64,000 bases of DNA, taken from NCBI GenBank assembly GCA_963836185.1, contig CAWIIQ010000004.1, positions 79,221-143,220 on the forward strand, read 5' to 3'. Below are positions 1 through 9,981 of the stretch, one piece after another. The position numbers and the translations under genes are program-made. Source of the stretch: Candidatus Krumholzibacteriia bacterium (GTDB lineage: Bacteria; Krumholzibacteriota; Krumholzibacteriia; Krumholzibacteriales; Krumholzibacteriaceae). The notes under the pieces are model-generated. The model was given only the letters and a program-made list of their open reading frames with translations, was not told the origin of the DNA and did no database searches. How positions within the stretch are numbered: the first letter of the stretch is position 1; each line of letters begins with the position of its first letter.

Positions 1-658
1 CCTCTTTCGTAAACTCGAGAGCGCTGTGTTCCTTCTCGCCATAGACGAGGCCATGATATATCTCGTCGCTTACTACCGGCAGCCCGAGCCGGCAGATCTC
101 CTCGAGATCGCCCGGCGCGATGAGTGTGCCCATAGGATTGGCGGGAGAGTTTATCACTACAGCTCTCGTAGCCGGCCCGATCGCGGCCCTGACATCGTCC
201 GGCCTGAGCTGGAAGCCGTCCTCTTCCCTGGTCGCGATGAAGCGGGGGGTCCCGCCGAGGTACCTTACGAAATTGGGATAGCACGGATAGCAGGGATTGC
301 CGAGGATCACCTCGTCGCCGGGCCCGTCGACCATGCAGGACAGGACGAGGAGCAGTGCGGGAGAGACGCCCATCGTCACGAGGACCTGTGAGGGAGTCAC
401 ACCGCAATCGTAGCGGCCGTTGTACCAGCGGGCAACCGCTTCGCGCAGCTCGGGGATCCCCCTGCTGTCGGTGTAGTGAGTGTCCCCGCTGTCGAGCGAT
501 CTCTTCGCCGCTTCAATGACGGCGGCAGGTGTATCGAAGTCAGGCTCGCCGATCTCCATGTGAATGATCGACCTGCCCTCGCGCTCGAGCTCCAGTGCCC
601 TCTCGAGCACTTCCATGACTATGAACGGTTTTATCTCTCCGCACGCTGCACGGGTCAT
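1..658 (-). CDS. PLP-dependent aminotransferase class I/II (partial, runs off window start)
   Basis: Manual translation, absent from the ORF track: MTRAACGEIKPFIVMEVLERALELEREGRSIIHMEIGEPDFDTP...THYTDSRGIPELREAVA...INSPANPMG...VVSDEIYHGL, which are AspAT-family motifs. Confidence 0.9.
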   Translation of the reverse strand, partial: MTRAACGEIKPFIVMEVLERALELEREGRSIIHMEIGEPDFDTPAAVIEAAKRSLDSGDTHYTDSRGIPELREAVARWYNGRYDCGVTPSQVLVTMGVSPALLLVLSCMVDGPGDEVILGNPCYPCYPNFVRYLGGTPRFIATREEDGFQLRPDDVRAAIGPATRAVVINSPANPMGTLIAPGDLEEICRLGLPVVSDEIYHGLVYGEKEHSALEFTKE

Positions 659-750
659 CGGCGCGGTCCTTTCACATTCAGACTATACTGGAGAATATAG
701 CCTAAGCCGTGATAAAGTCAAACATATCACGGGTATGGAAGGAGTCTGAG

Positions 751-1056
751 ATGGCAGTGTGTTCCGTGACCGTCGTACCGGTCGGAACCGGCTCGACAAG
801 CGTCAGTTCTTATGTCGCAAGGTGCCACGAGATACTGGCCGGCACCGGAGGGATCAAGTACAGGCTGACCCCGATGTCCACGGTGATCGAAGGAGAGCTC
901 GAGACTGTCCTGTCCACGGTAGCGAGGCTTCATGAGGTGCCGTTCGAGAAAGGCGCCATGAGGGTGCTGACCACGATGATGATAGATGACCGCCGGGACA
1001 GGGAACTGACGATGGACGGCAAGATCTCGTCTGTAGAGGAAAAGCTCGGCGGATGA
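751..1056 (+). CDS. MTH1187/UPF0045 family thiamine-binding protein
   Basis: MAVCSVTVVPVGTGSTSVSSYVA...YRLTPMSTVIEG...RVLTTMMIDDRRD; GGAG RBS upstream. Confidence 0.85.
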   Translation: MAVCSVTVVPVGTGSTSVSSYVARCHEILAGTGGIKYRLTPMSTVIEGELETVLSTVARLHEVPFEKGAMRVLTTMMIDDRRDRELTMDGKISSVEEKLGG

Positions 1057-1061
1057 TCCGG

Positions 1062-1829
1062 TCAGCGGCGGACCATCATCGCGAGGGTCCAGTTGCGTCC
1101 CGTTCTTCCACCATCGCGCCTGTACGAGAAAAGGCTGCTCTCACACGAGGTGCAGATGCCGGAGTCGAAGAAGTTGGCAGGGCTCACGCCTGCCCGCTCC
1201 GTCTCCGCCCGTATGAACCGGGGCAGGTCGAGGTGCCAGCTCTTCTTGCGGCGGATCCTCGCGTGCGCGGGAAGGCTCATCGCCACGTCGCGGCCGACCT
1301 CGTAGCAGGCCGGGCATATCCCCGGGCCGCATATCGCCACGGTATTTCCCGCATCGATGCTGTACCTGTCGTACAGGATGCTGAAAGCCTTTTCGACTAT
1401 TCCTTCCGCCGCTCCTGAGCGTCCGACGTGGAGCGCTGCGAGCACCATCTCGGACGGTGAATGTATTACCAGCGGGAAACAGTCGGCGGAGTTTATCGCC
1501 AGTGAGAGATCTCTCGAAGTGGTGATGAAGCCGTCCGTATCATCGTACTTTCCGCCCCTTGCCACCGTCGCTATCCCTGTGCCGTGCACCTGTCCGCCTC
1601 TCGCGACACGGTTCGGTCCGATACCGAGAGCCTTTTTCAACCTGTTCCTGTTTTCGAGAACATCTCTCCGCATGTCGCCGACATGGCTGCCCAGGTTGAG
1701 GGAATCGAAAGGCGGCATGCTAACGCCTCCGCTTCTCGTGGTGAACCAGACGCGCAGGGCGGGAGCAAGAGCCTCGAGCGCGGGGAAGGTGCCGACGCGG
1801 AGGCCGTTCTTTTCGTTCCATGCTATCAT
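1062..1829 (-). CDS. pgeF: Peptidoglycan editing factor PgeF (YfiH/laccase-like)
   Basis: FTTRSGGVS, SLNLG, QVHG, ADCFP, LHVGR, GPGICPACYEVG, FSYRRDGGRTGR motifs. Confidence 0.9.
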   Translation of the reverse strand: MIAWNEKNGLRVGTFPALEALAPALRVWFTTRSGGVSMPPFDSLNLGSHVGDMRRDVLENRNRLKKALGIGPNRVARGGQVHGTGIATVARGGKYDDTDGFITTSRDLSLAINSADCFPLVIHSPSEMVLAALHVGRSGAAEGIVEKAFSILYDRYSIDAGNTVAICGPGICPACYEVGRDVAMSLPAHARIRRKKSWHLDLPRFIRAETERAGVSPANFFDSGICTSCESSLFSYRRDGGRTGRNWTLAMMVRR

Positions 1830-1844
1830 AGGTGATAAGTTCTG

Positions 1845-1866
1845 TTGACATGCCACCGCAGGTCAA
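1845..1866. promoter_or_regulatory. Overlapping divergent -35 elements or palindromic site between pgeF and thrC
   Basis: TTGAC-N12-GTCAA gives TTGACA on + and TTGACC on - in a 90-bp divergent intergenic region. Confidence 0.35.
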
Positions 1867-1919
1867 GGAAAACTTGAGCGCCGGTCCGGTTCCGGCAACA
1901 TCGAAAGGGAAGGATCGCT

Positions 1920-3083
1920 GTGAGATATTTGGAGGGATACAGATGCGGCAACTGCGAGAGGGTAGTGCCGGCAGGGTCCGCGGCCGGTGAGTGCCCCTCG
2001 TGCTCGGGCCCGCTTCTGGCTGTCTACGACCTCGGTCTGCTGGGCAGAAATGTGACCAGGGAGGAGTTCTACGGTCCGGGCGAAGGGATCTGGCGGTTCA
2101 GGGATCTTCTTCCGGTCTTTTCACGGGAGATATCGCTTGGTGAGGGGAATACGCCGATGCTCGAGGCACCGGTGCTTGCCGCCTCGGCAGGATGCGGGCA
2201 TCTCTACATCAAGAACGAGGCGTTCAATCCGACCGGGTCGTTCAAGGCGCGCGGGATGGCAGCCGCTGTCTCGCGTCTCATCGATCTGGGCGCCCGCACC
2301 GGGGTCATCCCCTCGGCGGGCAACGCCGGCCTGGCCCTGGCCGCCTATGGCGCAGCGGCAGGACTGGGAGCGAGGATATACATACCGTCAGTCACTCCGG
2401 AAGGAGTGGAGGAGGAGTGCGCCGCGTACGGGGCCGATGTCAGGAGGATAGAGGGTATCCTCCCCGATGCCGGCAGGGCGATGGCGGACGACGGGCTCGA
2501 GGAGGGCGAGTTCGCCATCAGCACGTTCAGGGAGCCTGGCAGGGTCGAGGGGAAGAAGACGATGGCCTTCGAGATAGAGGACCGGCTCGACGGGCAGTCT
2601 CCACGCTGGATAATCTTTCCGACCGGCGGCGGCACCGGTGTCGTCGCTTTCTGGAAGGCATATCTCGAACTCGAGGAACTCGGTTGGCTCTCGGGAGAGA
2701 AACCGCGGATCGTCGCCGTCCAGTCCGAAGGATGCGCTCCTGTTGTGAAGGCATTCGAGGCTGGAGCGGAGATTATGGAGACCTGGGCCGATCCGGTCAC
2801 GATCGCCTCGGGGATCAGGGTGCCCGGTTCGAGGGCCGACCGGCAGGTGCTCCGTGCGCTGCGTGAGACCGGGGGGACGGCGGTAGCCGTTTCAGATGAA
2901 GCGATCCTCTATGCCGGGCGAGTAATGGCACGCCTTGCGGGGATATTCCCGGCGCCGGAGGGCGCGGCTACGCTGGCGGGGCTGATTAAGCTTACAGCCG
3001 CTGGAACGATCGGGCCTGAAGATACGGTCGTAATAGTCAACACCGCAGACTGGACAAGATACAGGTTCCTGCTCGATGGCTGA
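1920..3083 (+). CDS. thrC: Threonine synthase (PLP, fold type II) with N-terminal Zn ribbon
   Basis: SLGEGNTP, KNEAFNPTGSFKARG, SAGNAG, EGKKT, PTGGGTG motifs; N-terminal CxxC..CxxC. Confidence 0.85.
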   Translation: MRYLEGYRCGNCERVVPAGSAAGECPSCSGPLLAVYDLGLLGRNVTREEFYGPGEGIWRFRDLLPVFSREISLGEGNTPMLEAPVLAASAGCGHLYIKNEAFNPTGSFKARGMAAAVSRLIDLGARTGVIPSAGNAGLALAAYGAAAGLGARIYIPSVTPEGVEEECAAYGADVRRIEGILPDAGRAMADDGLEEGEFAISTFREPGRVEGKKTMAFEIEDRLDGQSPRWIIFPTGGGTGVVAFWKAYLELEELGWLSGEKPRIVAVQSEGCAPVVKAFEAGAEIMETWADPVTIASGIRVPGSRADRQVLRALRETGGTAVAVSDEAILYAGRVMARLAGIFPAPEGAATLAGLIKLTAAGTIGPEDTVVIVNTADWTRYRFLLDG

Positions 3084-3115
3084 AAAAAAGCCCCCGGACC
3101 TTTCGATCCGGGGGC
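3083..3115 (-). terminator. Intrinsic terminator for the DUF4384 gene
   Basis: gcccccgga/tccgggggc stem; the A7 run on + is a U-tract on -; lies between convergent genes. Confidence 0.75.
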
Positions 3116-3142
3116 CGTATCATATCTGTTTTTCGAAGGGGA

Positions 3143-5143
3143 TCAGCGTTTGCGCCCGGTGCTCCTGCTTCCCGAGGACCTGCTGCCGGAAGACCTGCTC
3201 CCCGAGGACTTACTCCCTGAGGACTTGCTTCCCGATGACCTGGTCGAGCTGCTTTTCGTCGTCGTCCTGCTGCTCGATCCGGATGAGCTGCTGCTTTTCC
3301 TTACTCCGCTGTTTTTCGTCGAACTCTTGCTCGTATTGCTCTTTGTCGAACTGTTGTCGCTCTTTCCGGAATCTTTTGTCGAGCGCGCCGACGTTCCTGA
3401 GCGTGTCGTGGACTTTTTCCTGGCGGAAGACTTTGTGCGGCTGCCGCTCGTATCTCTCTGCTTTGCTTTTCTTTCTTCCTCCCGGGCCCGGACACGCCTC
3501 TCGAGCTCCGAACCGATGTCCTTCCGGCTGGTGCCGCGCTGGTTCGCGGTACCAGTCGAGCCGCGTTCAAAACTCCTGTTGCTCTTGTCCGTCTTGATAG
3601 TGGCCTCACTGGAGGAACCGCGTTCCTTCGTACTTGTCGACCTTGTCGAGCTCTGGTTTGCCGTTCTGGCGCTGCGGGTCGCCCCGTAGTTGCCGTAGAC
3701 GCCCCGTTCGTAACGGCTCGCCCTGCCCGTGTTGTACCTGCTCGACTCGAAGGATCTGAATCCCGTCGAGGCCCTTTCCCTCGTGACCTGCTTTGCCAGG
3801 CGTGAACGCTGGTAGCTCCGCACCGTCGCGGCCTGCGTCCTGTCCCTGACAAGCCTGCTGGAGGCCAGGGTCTCGCTGCGGTTCGCCTTTACCATCGTCG
3901 AGGTGTAGTCGAGCGTGCCCCGCTTTGTGAAATCACGGGAGCTCGCTGCGGTAGTGCTCGTCTTCACCCTCGTCGTGGTATTGTCAGCCGTGCTGCGTTT
4001 CGTGAAACTGCGTCCGGCATAGAGGGACCTGCTGTCGGCAGGGTAGGAATACCCCGGGTAGTATCCGCCGCTCCCGTAATATCCATTCCAGTACCCGTTA
4101 TTGTAACCGTGCCAGTAGGCATGATACGAATATGGGTGCCAGGAGTAGAACGGGTAATGGTGGTAGTAGGATCCGCCGCCCCATCCCCAGCCGATCCCCC
4201 AGGAGACCCCGTACCAGTTGGAGTAACAGCTGCCATACCAGGGCCAGTATCCCGGCCAGTAGTATGAGTAGGGATAATAGCCGCTGGAGTAGTAGACGGA
4301 GAGGTAGACCTTCTGCTGGTCGTACTCGTAATCGTCATCTCCGAGGGAGAGGTTGTCAGTGTAATATGTGTACGATTCGTATTCGTCCTCGGGAGCGCTG
4401 CTGCCTGCCTGCACTATGGCGTAGAGCTGCGGGTAGGGGTAGCCGGCATCCTCGTTGATGGCGATAAACTCGATGTCGACCTCCGGGCACTCCATCGCGT
4501 ACGGATCGGGGATCTTGGAGGGCGAGTGGCACTTGTAGCAGAGATAGCCCGGGTAATCGACCTTGTGGTTGATGTAGAAAAAGGTGTAGTCGGTAGCCGG
4601 AGTCATACGCTCCGCGTCAGAGATCAGCTCCTCGTCTATCATGTTGAAGGCGAGGAAAGGATCCATGTCGATCCTCAGCCTCCTCTCCTCCGGCATAGTG
4701 CTGTTCTGCGCGAGGTAGTAGAGCTCGTCACGGTCGATCCGCGATGGATCGTTGACCGCGATGGCATGGATGTACTCGACGCCTGTATCTCCTCCGACCT
4801 CCCAGGTTATTCCGGCTCCCTGTTCGGGCAGGAAGTATACCTTCCTGCCGCTAACCATCTCTGGCCGACCGTCGGCGGGATAGAGCAGGTGCACGTATCC
4901 TTCGCTGTCGATGTTGTAGATGATCACATAGGCGTCCGAGCTTGTCTGAAAAGTCAGGTTGATGTCCCGCCCCGGCATCAGTACCGCGCCTCTTCCGCCG
5001 ATCAGGCGGAGCGAGACATCGACATCGCTCGCGACGGCGGGCTTCAAGGCAGGTGAACTGTTTATCTCCACCGGTGCGGTCAAAGCTGCCGCGGGCAATA
5101 TGACGATTACAGCGAGAAGGAAGAGCAGTAGCGAACGTTTCAT
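3143..5143 (-). CDS. Secreted DUF4384-like protein with CxxCH motif, Tyr/Gly/Trp-rich middle and Ser/Arg/Lys/Thr-rich tail
   Basis: Signal peptide MKRSLLLFLLAV; DAYVIIYNIDSEGYVHLLYP is a DUF4384-type segment; YLCYKCH; YYWPGYWPWYG...WGIGWGWGG; SSGSK/R tail. Confidence 0.7.
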   Translation of the reverse strand: MKRSLLLFLLAVIVILPAAALTAPVEINSSPALKPAVASDVDVSLRLIGGRGAVLMPGRDINLTFQTSSDAYVIIYNIDSEGYVHLLYPADGRPEMVSGRKVYFLPEQGAGITWEVGGDTGVEYIHAIAVNDPSRIDRDELYYLAQNSTMPEERRLRIDMDPFLAFNMIDEELISDAERMTPATDYTFFYINHKVDYPGYLCYKCHSPSKIPDPYAMECPEVDIEFIAINEDAGYPYPQLYAIVQAGSSAPEDEYESYTYYTDNLSLGDDDYEYDQQKVYLSVYYSSGYYPYSYYWPGYWPWYGSCYSNWYGVSWGIGWGWGGGSYYHHYPFYSWHPYSYHAYWHGYNNGYWNGYYGSGGYYPGYSYPADSRSLYAGRSFTKRSTADNTTTRVKTSTTAASSRDFTKRGTLDYTSTMVKANRSETLASSRLVRDRTQAATVRSYQRSRLAKQVTRERASTGFRSFESSRYNTGRASRYERGVYGNYGATRSARTANQSSTRSTSTKERGSSSEATIKTDKSNRSFERGSTGTANQRGTSRKDIGSELERRVRAREEERKAKQRDTSGSRTKSSARKKSTTRSGTSARSTKDSGKSDNSSTKSNTSKSSTKNSGVRKSSSSSGSSSRTTTKSSSTRSSGSKSSGSKSSGSRSSGSRSSGSRSTGRKR
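3165..3242 (-). repeat. Degenerate 15-bp tandem repeat encoding (SSGSR/K)n
   Basis: About 5 units of ctgct(t/g/c)cc(c/g/t)ga(g/a/t)gac on +, diverging at synonymous positions. Confidence 0.8.
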
Positions 5144-5405
5144 GGCCAGGACTCCCTTCCAGGGGATACGACTGACGCCGGTATCGGTGAGGCTGGCACC
5201 TCGCCAGAGCGCCATTACACTACTATAACAGTATAGTAGCTTTGTCATCTTATTACAAGGCAAAGACCGTTCCAAAAGGCTTTTCGCCCATTTCCCGGAC
5301 CATTTCGGGAAACGATGGGGGACAACTGGGATTGGCGTCCGGGACGATCTTCCATTATCTTATACAAACTCTGACAGGGGGCCGTTCCGGCCTTTTGAAA
5401 CAAAC

Positions 5406-5435
5406 TTGACCGTCCAGGGGTATAATGATAGATTG
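5406..5435 (+). promoter_or_regulatory. Putative sigma70 promoter of the tol-pal operon
   Basis: TTGACC-17bp-TAGATT upstream of an AGGAGG RBS and tolQ. Confidence 0.5.
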
Positions 5436-5458
5436 CCCGGTGAAGCTGGAAAAGGAGG

Positions 5459-6139
5459 ATGAATATGGGGTTTGCGGGGCTACCGGTCTTTATGCAGGTG
5501 GCGGAGAGCTTTACTGAACTGATAGCGGGGTCAGGCAGCCTGGCCAAGGCTATCCTGGTGCTGCTGCTCGTCCTGTCCGTCGTTTCGTGGACAATAATGG
5601 TTGAAAAAATCAGGTATTTCAAACGGTCGGCGAAACAGAGCGCGGGCTTCCGGAAAGTGTTCGAAAAGGAGTTTTCCCTGTCCTCTCTAGCGGACAAGGC
5701 GGCCGGATATCCGGACAGTCCGGAGGCCTCGATGGTCCTTATGGTCAAGGGAGAGATCGACCGCGGAGAACTTCGCGAAATGGAGCATCTCGACGGCTTT
5801 CTCGACTCGTCTATGGACGCTATCGTGGCCGAGTGGGAATCGTACCTCATCTTCCTGTCGACTACGGCGACAGTCTCGCCGTTCCTCGGCCTTCTCGGAA
5901 CGGTCTGGGGAATCATGAGCTCGTTTCTCAGCATGGGCGTGCGCGGTTCGGCCAATCTCTACGTCGTGGGGCCGGGAATCGCTGACGCGCTTATCACGAC
6001 TGTCTTCGGCCTCGGCGCGGCCATACCGGCGGTGATAGGCTATAACTATATCGTTCGCGTAATCAGGCGCCGTGAGGAGAAGGTAGGATTGTTCGCGGTG
6101 CGGTTCAGGACGAGGCTTCTCGAGAAGAGATACTCATGA
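5459..6139 (+). CDS. tolQ: TolQ (MotA/TolQ/ExbB proton channel)
   Basis: SPFLGLLGTVWGIM, VGPGIADALITTVFGLGAAIPAVIGYN; tol-pal gene order. Confidence 0.9.
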   Translation: MNMGFAGLPVFMQVAESFTELIAGSGSLAKAILVLLLVLSVVSWTIMVEKIRYFKRSAKQSAGFRKVFEKEFSLSSLADKAAGYPDSPEASMVLMVKGEIDRGELREMEHLDGFLDSSMDAIVAEWESYLIFLSTTATVSPFLGLLGTVWGIMSSFLSMGVRGSANLYVVGPGIADALITTVFGLGAAIPAVIGYNYIVRVIRRREEKVGLFAVRFRTRLLEKRYS

Positions 6140-6540
6140 AGAAGAGGAACAAAGAGAGATATTCCTCGCTGGCCGAGATAAACATCACCAATCTCGTCGA
6201 TGTGATCATGGTGCTTCTGATCGCCTTCATGCTGACCGCGCCATTCCTCCAGGCGGGCGTGAAGCTTCAGCTGCCCAAGGCTGAAGCGAAAGTCATCGAG
6301 GAGCAGGACGGGATAACTGTCTCGATCAACGAGGATGGAGACGTTTTCATAGACAAGCGGAAGATCGAGTGGAGGGAGTTCTCGGCGGAGCTGCGAAAGG
6401 CTCTCGATGAGAATCCTCCAAGGGTATTCCTGCGCGCCGACAAGGAAACGCGTTACGGCCATGTCATGAGGGTGATCGCCCGGATCAAGATGATGGGCAT
6501 CGAAGACCTCGGGCTGATCGCCGAGCAGGAAGACAGATGA
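6136..6540 (+). CDS. tolR: TolR/ExbD
   Basis: AEINITNLVDVIMVLLIAFMLTAP, VFLRADKETRYGHVMRV. Confidence 0.9.
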   Translation: MKKRNKERYSSLAEINITNLVDVIMVLLIAFMLTAPFLQAGVKLQLPKAEAKVIEEQDGITVSINEDGDVFIDKRKIEWREFSAELRKALDENPPRVFLRADKETRYGHVMRVIARIKMMGIEDLGLIAEQEDR

Positions 6541-7194
6541 TCGGATCCGCATCGAGGGCGGGCGGGATGAGGTTTTCCCTGCTTATATCGATCCTCGTTC
6601 ACGTGGTCATCCTGTGGGCGCTGTTGACCCTTTTCGACGTTGTGCCCCAGATGAAGGTGCCGAAGAACATATACAACGTAAAGATATTCAGGCCCTTTGT
6701 CGCCCCGAAGGTCGAGGCGCCGAAGGAGGAGCCGAAGGCGAAGGTCGAGGTCAAAAAGCCCGAGGTCACCACGCCTAAACCCAAGCCGAAGGAAAAGAGA
6801 GCCCGAGAAGAAGCCGGAGCAGAAACCCGCCGAGACAAAGCCGGAGGACAAGCCGATGGATGTCTCGATGCAGGAGGGCAGCCAGACCGAGGTCGCGGTC
6901 GATGCACCGAAGTTCCCCTTTTCATACTATCTCTCCGCTATCGAGCGGAAGGTGTCGGAGAACTGGCTGTCGGCGCAGGGGGGAAGGGACGGTGGGGTCG
7001 CGTGCGTCGTGTACTTCAAGCTCTCGCGCAACGGCCGGGTCAGCGACCTGAGGGTCGAGACCTCTTCGGGGAACTCCCATTTCGACCGTTCTGCGCTGAG
7101 AGCGATAAGGAGCGCCGATCCGTTTCCGCCCCTGCCAAGGGCGTTCGGTGAATCGTGGCTCGGGATACATTTTACATTTACGCAGAAGAAATAG
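6537..7194 (+). CDS. tolA: TolA/TonB-family protein (frameshift near 6790-6800)
   Basis: N-terminal TM with SILVH and Lys/Pro-rich linker (ORF 6537) continues into TonB_C-type FPFSYYL...SSGNSHFDRSALRAIRSADPFPPLP (ORF 6697..7194). Confidence 0.8.
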
Positions 7195-7238
7195 CCGGCG
7201 AAAGATAGCGGCCGGCTGGAGAAAGGAACTGCTGCCTG

Positions 7239-8489
7239 ATGAGACGATACGGGATCCTTGCTGCGCTGCTCATCGTTGTCATGACTCCGCCAGGGGCCAG
7301 GGCCCAGATGGACGTGCACCTCAGCTCCAACAAAGCGGGCGGGGGCCAGATCCCCATAGTCGTCAATGATCTCGAGATCGAAAGGGATGATCTTCGCGCG
7401 GCCTCTGATTACCTGATATCGATCCTGCGGCAGGACCTGAAGTACACATCCGTTTTCGACCCACTCGAGTTCGCCGCCGGCACGGATACCCTTCCGGATG
7501 GCGGGACCGCCTCGGCGATAGTCGAGGGAAGGCTCTCGTGGGACGGGGAGAAATACTCTCTCGATGCCAGCCTGATCGACTTTGTCAGCCGCGAGATGAT
7601 CTTCGGCAAGAGGTACAGGTTCAAGCATTCCGCTCTCAGGACAGTCGCACACGAGCTTTGCGACGAGATCCTCTTCTTCCTCATCGGAGAGGCCGGCGTC
7701 GCCAGGACCCGTCTGCTGTTTACCAGGCGGGAGGGCGATGTAAAGAACCTTCACGTCATCGACTACGACGGGTACGGGGAGAAGAAGGTCACTACCGGTG
7801 AACTGGTCGTCTCACCTCTCTGGATCGATGATCACAGGTTTGTTTTCACGTCGTACCGCAGGGACAATCCCGACCTGTACATGATCGACCTGTCGAAAGG
7901 TTCGCGGAAGATGATATCCCACAGGAAGGGCCTCAATATCGCCGGGGGCTACAATCCTTCCAGCAACGAGCTCGTAGTGACGCTCAGCCTGAAGGGAAAC
8001 AGCGAGATCTACCTGATGGGCCTCGACGGCAAGCTCGGAAGGCGCCTGACAAAGAACCGCTCGATAGACGTATCTCCGGTCTGGGCCCCGAACGGGAGGG
8101 AGATCGTGTTCGTTTCGGACCGCACGAGAGTGCCTCAGCTATACATCATGGACAGGTACGGCGGAAATGTCAGGCGGCTGACCACAGAGGGAAATTACAA
8201 TACCTCTCCAGACTGGTCGCCTAGGGGAGACCTGATCGCTTATTCGTCCCGCGAAGGGGGGCTGTACAGGATGAAGCTGATCTCTCCCGACGGCCTGTGG
8301 CTCGAGACGGTCTTCGACGATTATCTCAGTTATGAGGACGCCTGCTGGGCTCCGGACGGCAGGCATCTGGCCGCTGTAGTAAGGTACTCGGGGGAGCCGT
8401 GGATCGTGATAATCGATATCGATTCAGGGACCAGAAGAAGGCTTGCAAAGGGAGAGTCGCCGTCCTGGTCCCCCCTGAGATCGAGGTGA
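7239..8489 (+). CDS. tolB: TolB (N-terminal domain plus PD40 beta-propeller)
   Basis: Signal peptide; SPVWAPNG, FVSDR, SPDWSPRG repeats; operon context. Confidence 0.9.
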   Translation: MRRYGILAALLIVVMTPPGARAQMDVHLSSNKAGGGQIPIVVNDLEIERDDLRAASDYLISILRQDLKYTSVFDPLEFAAGTDTLPDGGTASAIVEGRLSWDGEKYSLDASLIDFVSREMIFGKRYRFKHSALRTVAHELCDEILFFLIGEAGVARTRLLFTRREGDVKNLHVIDYDGYGEKKVTTGELVVSPLWIDDHRFVFTSYRRDNPDLYMIDLSKGSRKMISHRKGLNIAGGYNPSSNELVVTLSLKGNSEIYLMGLDGKLGRRLTKNRSIDVSPVWAPNGREIVFVSDRTRVPQLYIMDRYGGNVRRLTTEGNYNTSPDWSPRGDLIAYSSREGGLYRMKLISPDGLWLETVFDDYLSYEDACWAPDGRHLAAVVRYSGEPWIVIIDIDSGTRRRLAKGESPSWSPLRSR

Positions 8490-8621
8490 GCTCATTTTTT
8501 TAAGGGAAAATCAGTAAAATAATCGTTTTCAATTTCAAGGGCTGAAGGTATGATTGCCGCGATATAGAGAATCGTGGTGGGTCTGATTGAAACTGTTCCT
8601 GAATACAGGAGGTTCGTCGAT

Positions 8622-9143
8622 ATGAAGCGTTATCTTGTACTGTTCCTCGTTCTGATGCTTGCCGCGCTTATGGTGCTGCCGGCATGTTCGAAGAAAGAGG
8701 CTCCTCCGGTAGAAGAGGATATTACTCCCGCCGAGGAAGTACCGCCGCCTCCGCCGCCGCCGGTGGAAGAGGAAGAGCTTGATGCGATCGAGGAAGAGGA
8801 GCTTGAGACTCTGGTCCTCGAGGACATTTTCTTCGATTACGACAAGTACAGCATCAAGGGCGAGTTCAAGATCGTGCTCGAGGCTAACGCCGATCTTCTG
8901 ATGCTGCGTGAAGACGCGGTCCTCGTAATCGAGGGGCACTGCGATGAGCGAGGCACATCAGAGTACAATCTCGCGCTTGGTGAGAAAAGGGCCAAAGCAG
9001 TCATGGACTTCTACATCGCTTTCGGCATCGGCGCCGACAGGCTTTCGATGATCAGCTACGGTGAGGAAAGGCCGTTCGAGTACGGGCACGATGAAGAAGC
9101 CTGGGCGATGAACCGCCGCGCTCACATGCTGATAAAGGAATAG
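8622..9143 (+). CDS. pal: Peptidoglycan-associated lipoprotein Pal
   Basis: Lipobox LPAC; IFFDYDK, IEGHCDERGTSEYNLALGEKRA, SYGEERP, NRRA. Confidence 0.93.
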   Translation: MKRYLVLFLVLMLAALMVLPACSKKEAPPVEEDITPAEEVPPPPPPPVEEEELDAIEEEELETLVLEDIFFDYDKYSIKGEFKIVLEANADLLMLREDAVLVIEGHCDERGTSEYNLALGEKRAKAVMDFYIAFGIGADRLSMISYGEERPFEYGHDEEAWAMNRRAHMLIKE

Positions 9144-9153
9144 ACGGGATCTG

Positions 9154-9981
9154 ATGAAAAGACCGGTCAACCGTTTACTGATAGTAGTGTCGGTCGCCGC
9201 AGCTGCCCTCGTCTTCGGGGGATGCTGGGGCAAGAACTTCTGGAATGCCCAGGAGGCTACTCTGGCGATCGACGCCAAGGTCGATTCCCTGCTGGGGGAG
9301 AATGCCATCCTCCAGAGAAGGATATATCATCTCGAGACTATACTGGAGGGCCAGCAGGAACAGCTTCGCAGAAGCGGGGCGAGGTCCAGCATGGATCTCG
9401 AGGAGATAAAGGACCAGATCGACGCGCTCTACGTGCTGCTCGAAGAGGAGCAGCAGGCTCCCGTGCAGAGATCGGTCCGCCATCCATCTATCCAGACACC
9501 GGTAATACCAGATACAGCCTCGTCGCCGGATTCTCTTCATGAGACCGGCGACGGGGCCGTCTCCTTTCCCGATTCGGGCCAGGATTCCGGATCCATACCC
9601 GGCCCGGAGGAGATGTACCGCCAGATATACCTCGATTTCAGCCGCATGGAGTACGAGATAGCCATCGAGGAATCAGAGGAGTTCCTTAATGAGTATCCCG
9701 GCGATCCGATGACTGAGGATGTCAGGTACGTCAGGGGCGAGTGTTATCTCGAGCTCGACAAGGACCATGATGCCCTGAGGGAATTCTCGACGATCCTCCA
9801 GGACTACCCGCGCGGCAAAAAGACGCCGGCAGTCCTTCTGCGGATGGCGATCACTTACGAAAAGACAGGGGATTCGGAACTCGCGCAGGGAGTCGCCGGC
9901 AGGCTGATGAGGGAATACCCCGACAGCGAGGAAGCAGCGGAAGCGAGGGAACGGTTCGGCGAATCGCCGGATGAGCAGTGA
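9154..9981 (+). CDS. cpoB: CpoB/YbgF-like TPR lipoprotein
   Basis: Lipoprotein-like signal (FGGC), coiled coil, TPRs (FLNEYPG, LQDYPRGKK, REYPDSEEA); directly after pal. Confidence 0.8.
   Translation: MKRPVNRLLIVVSVAAAALVFGGCWGKNFWNAQEATLAIDAKVDSLLGENAILQRRIYHLETILEGQQEQLRRSGARSSMDLEEIKDQIDALYVLLEEEQQAPVQRSVRHPSIQTPVIPDTASSPDSLHETGDGAVSFPDSGQDSGSIPGPEEMYRQIYLDFSRMEYEIAIEESEEFLNEYPGDPMTEDVRYVRGECYLELDKDHDALREFSTILQDYPRGKKTPAVLLRMAITYEKTGDSELAQGVAGRLMREYPDSEEAAEARERFGESPDEQ

Noticed and set aside
3150-3689. + strand ORF with (LLPED)n repeats
   Set aside because: It is the antisense reading of the SSGSK/R tail of the DUF4384-like gene, has no RBS, and starts just after a terminator.
6785-6805. 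Programmed frameshift in tolA
   Set aside because: There is no clear slippery heptamer or stimulatory structure, and it is one of many similar indels.
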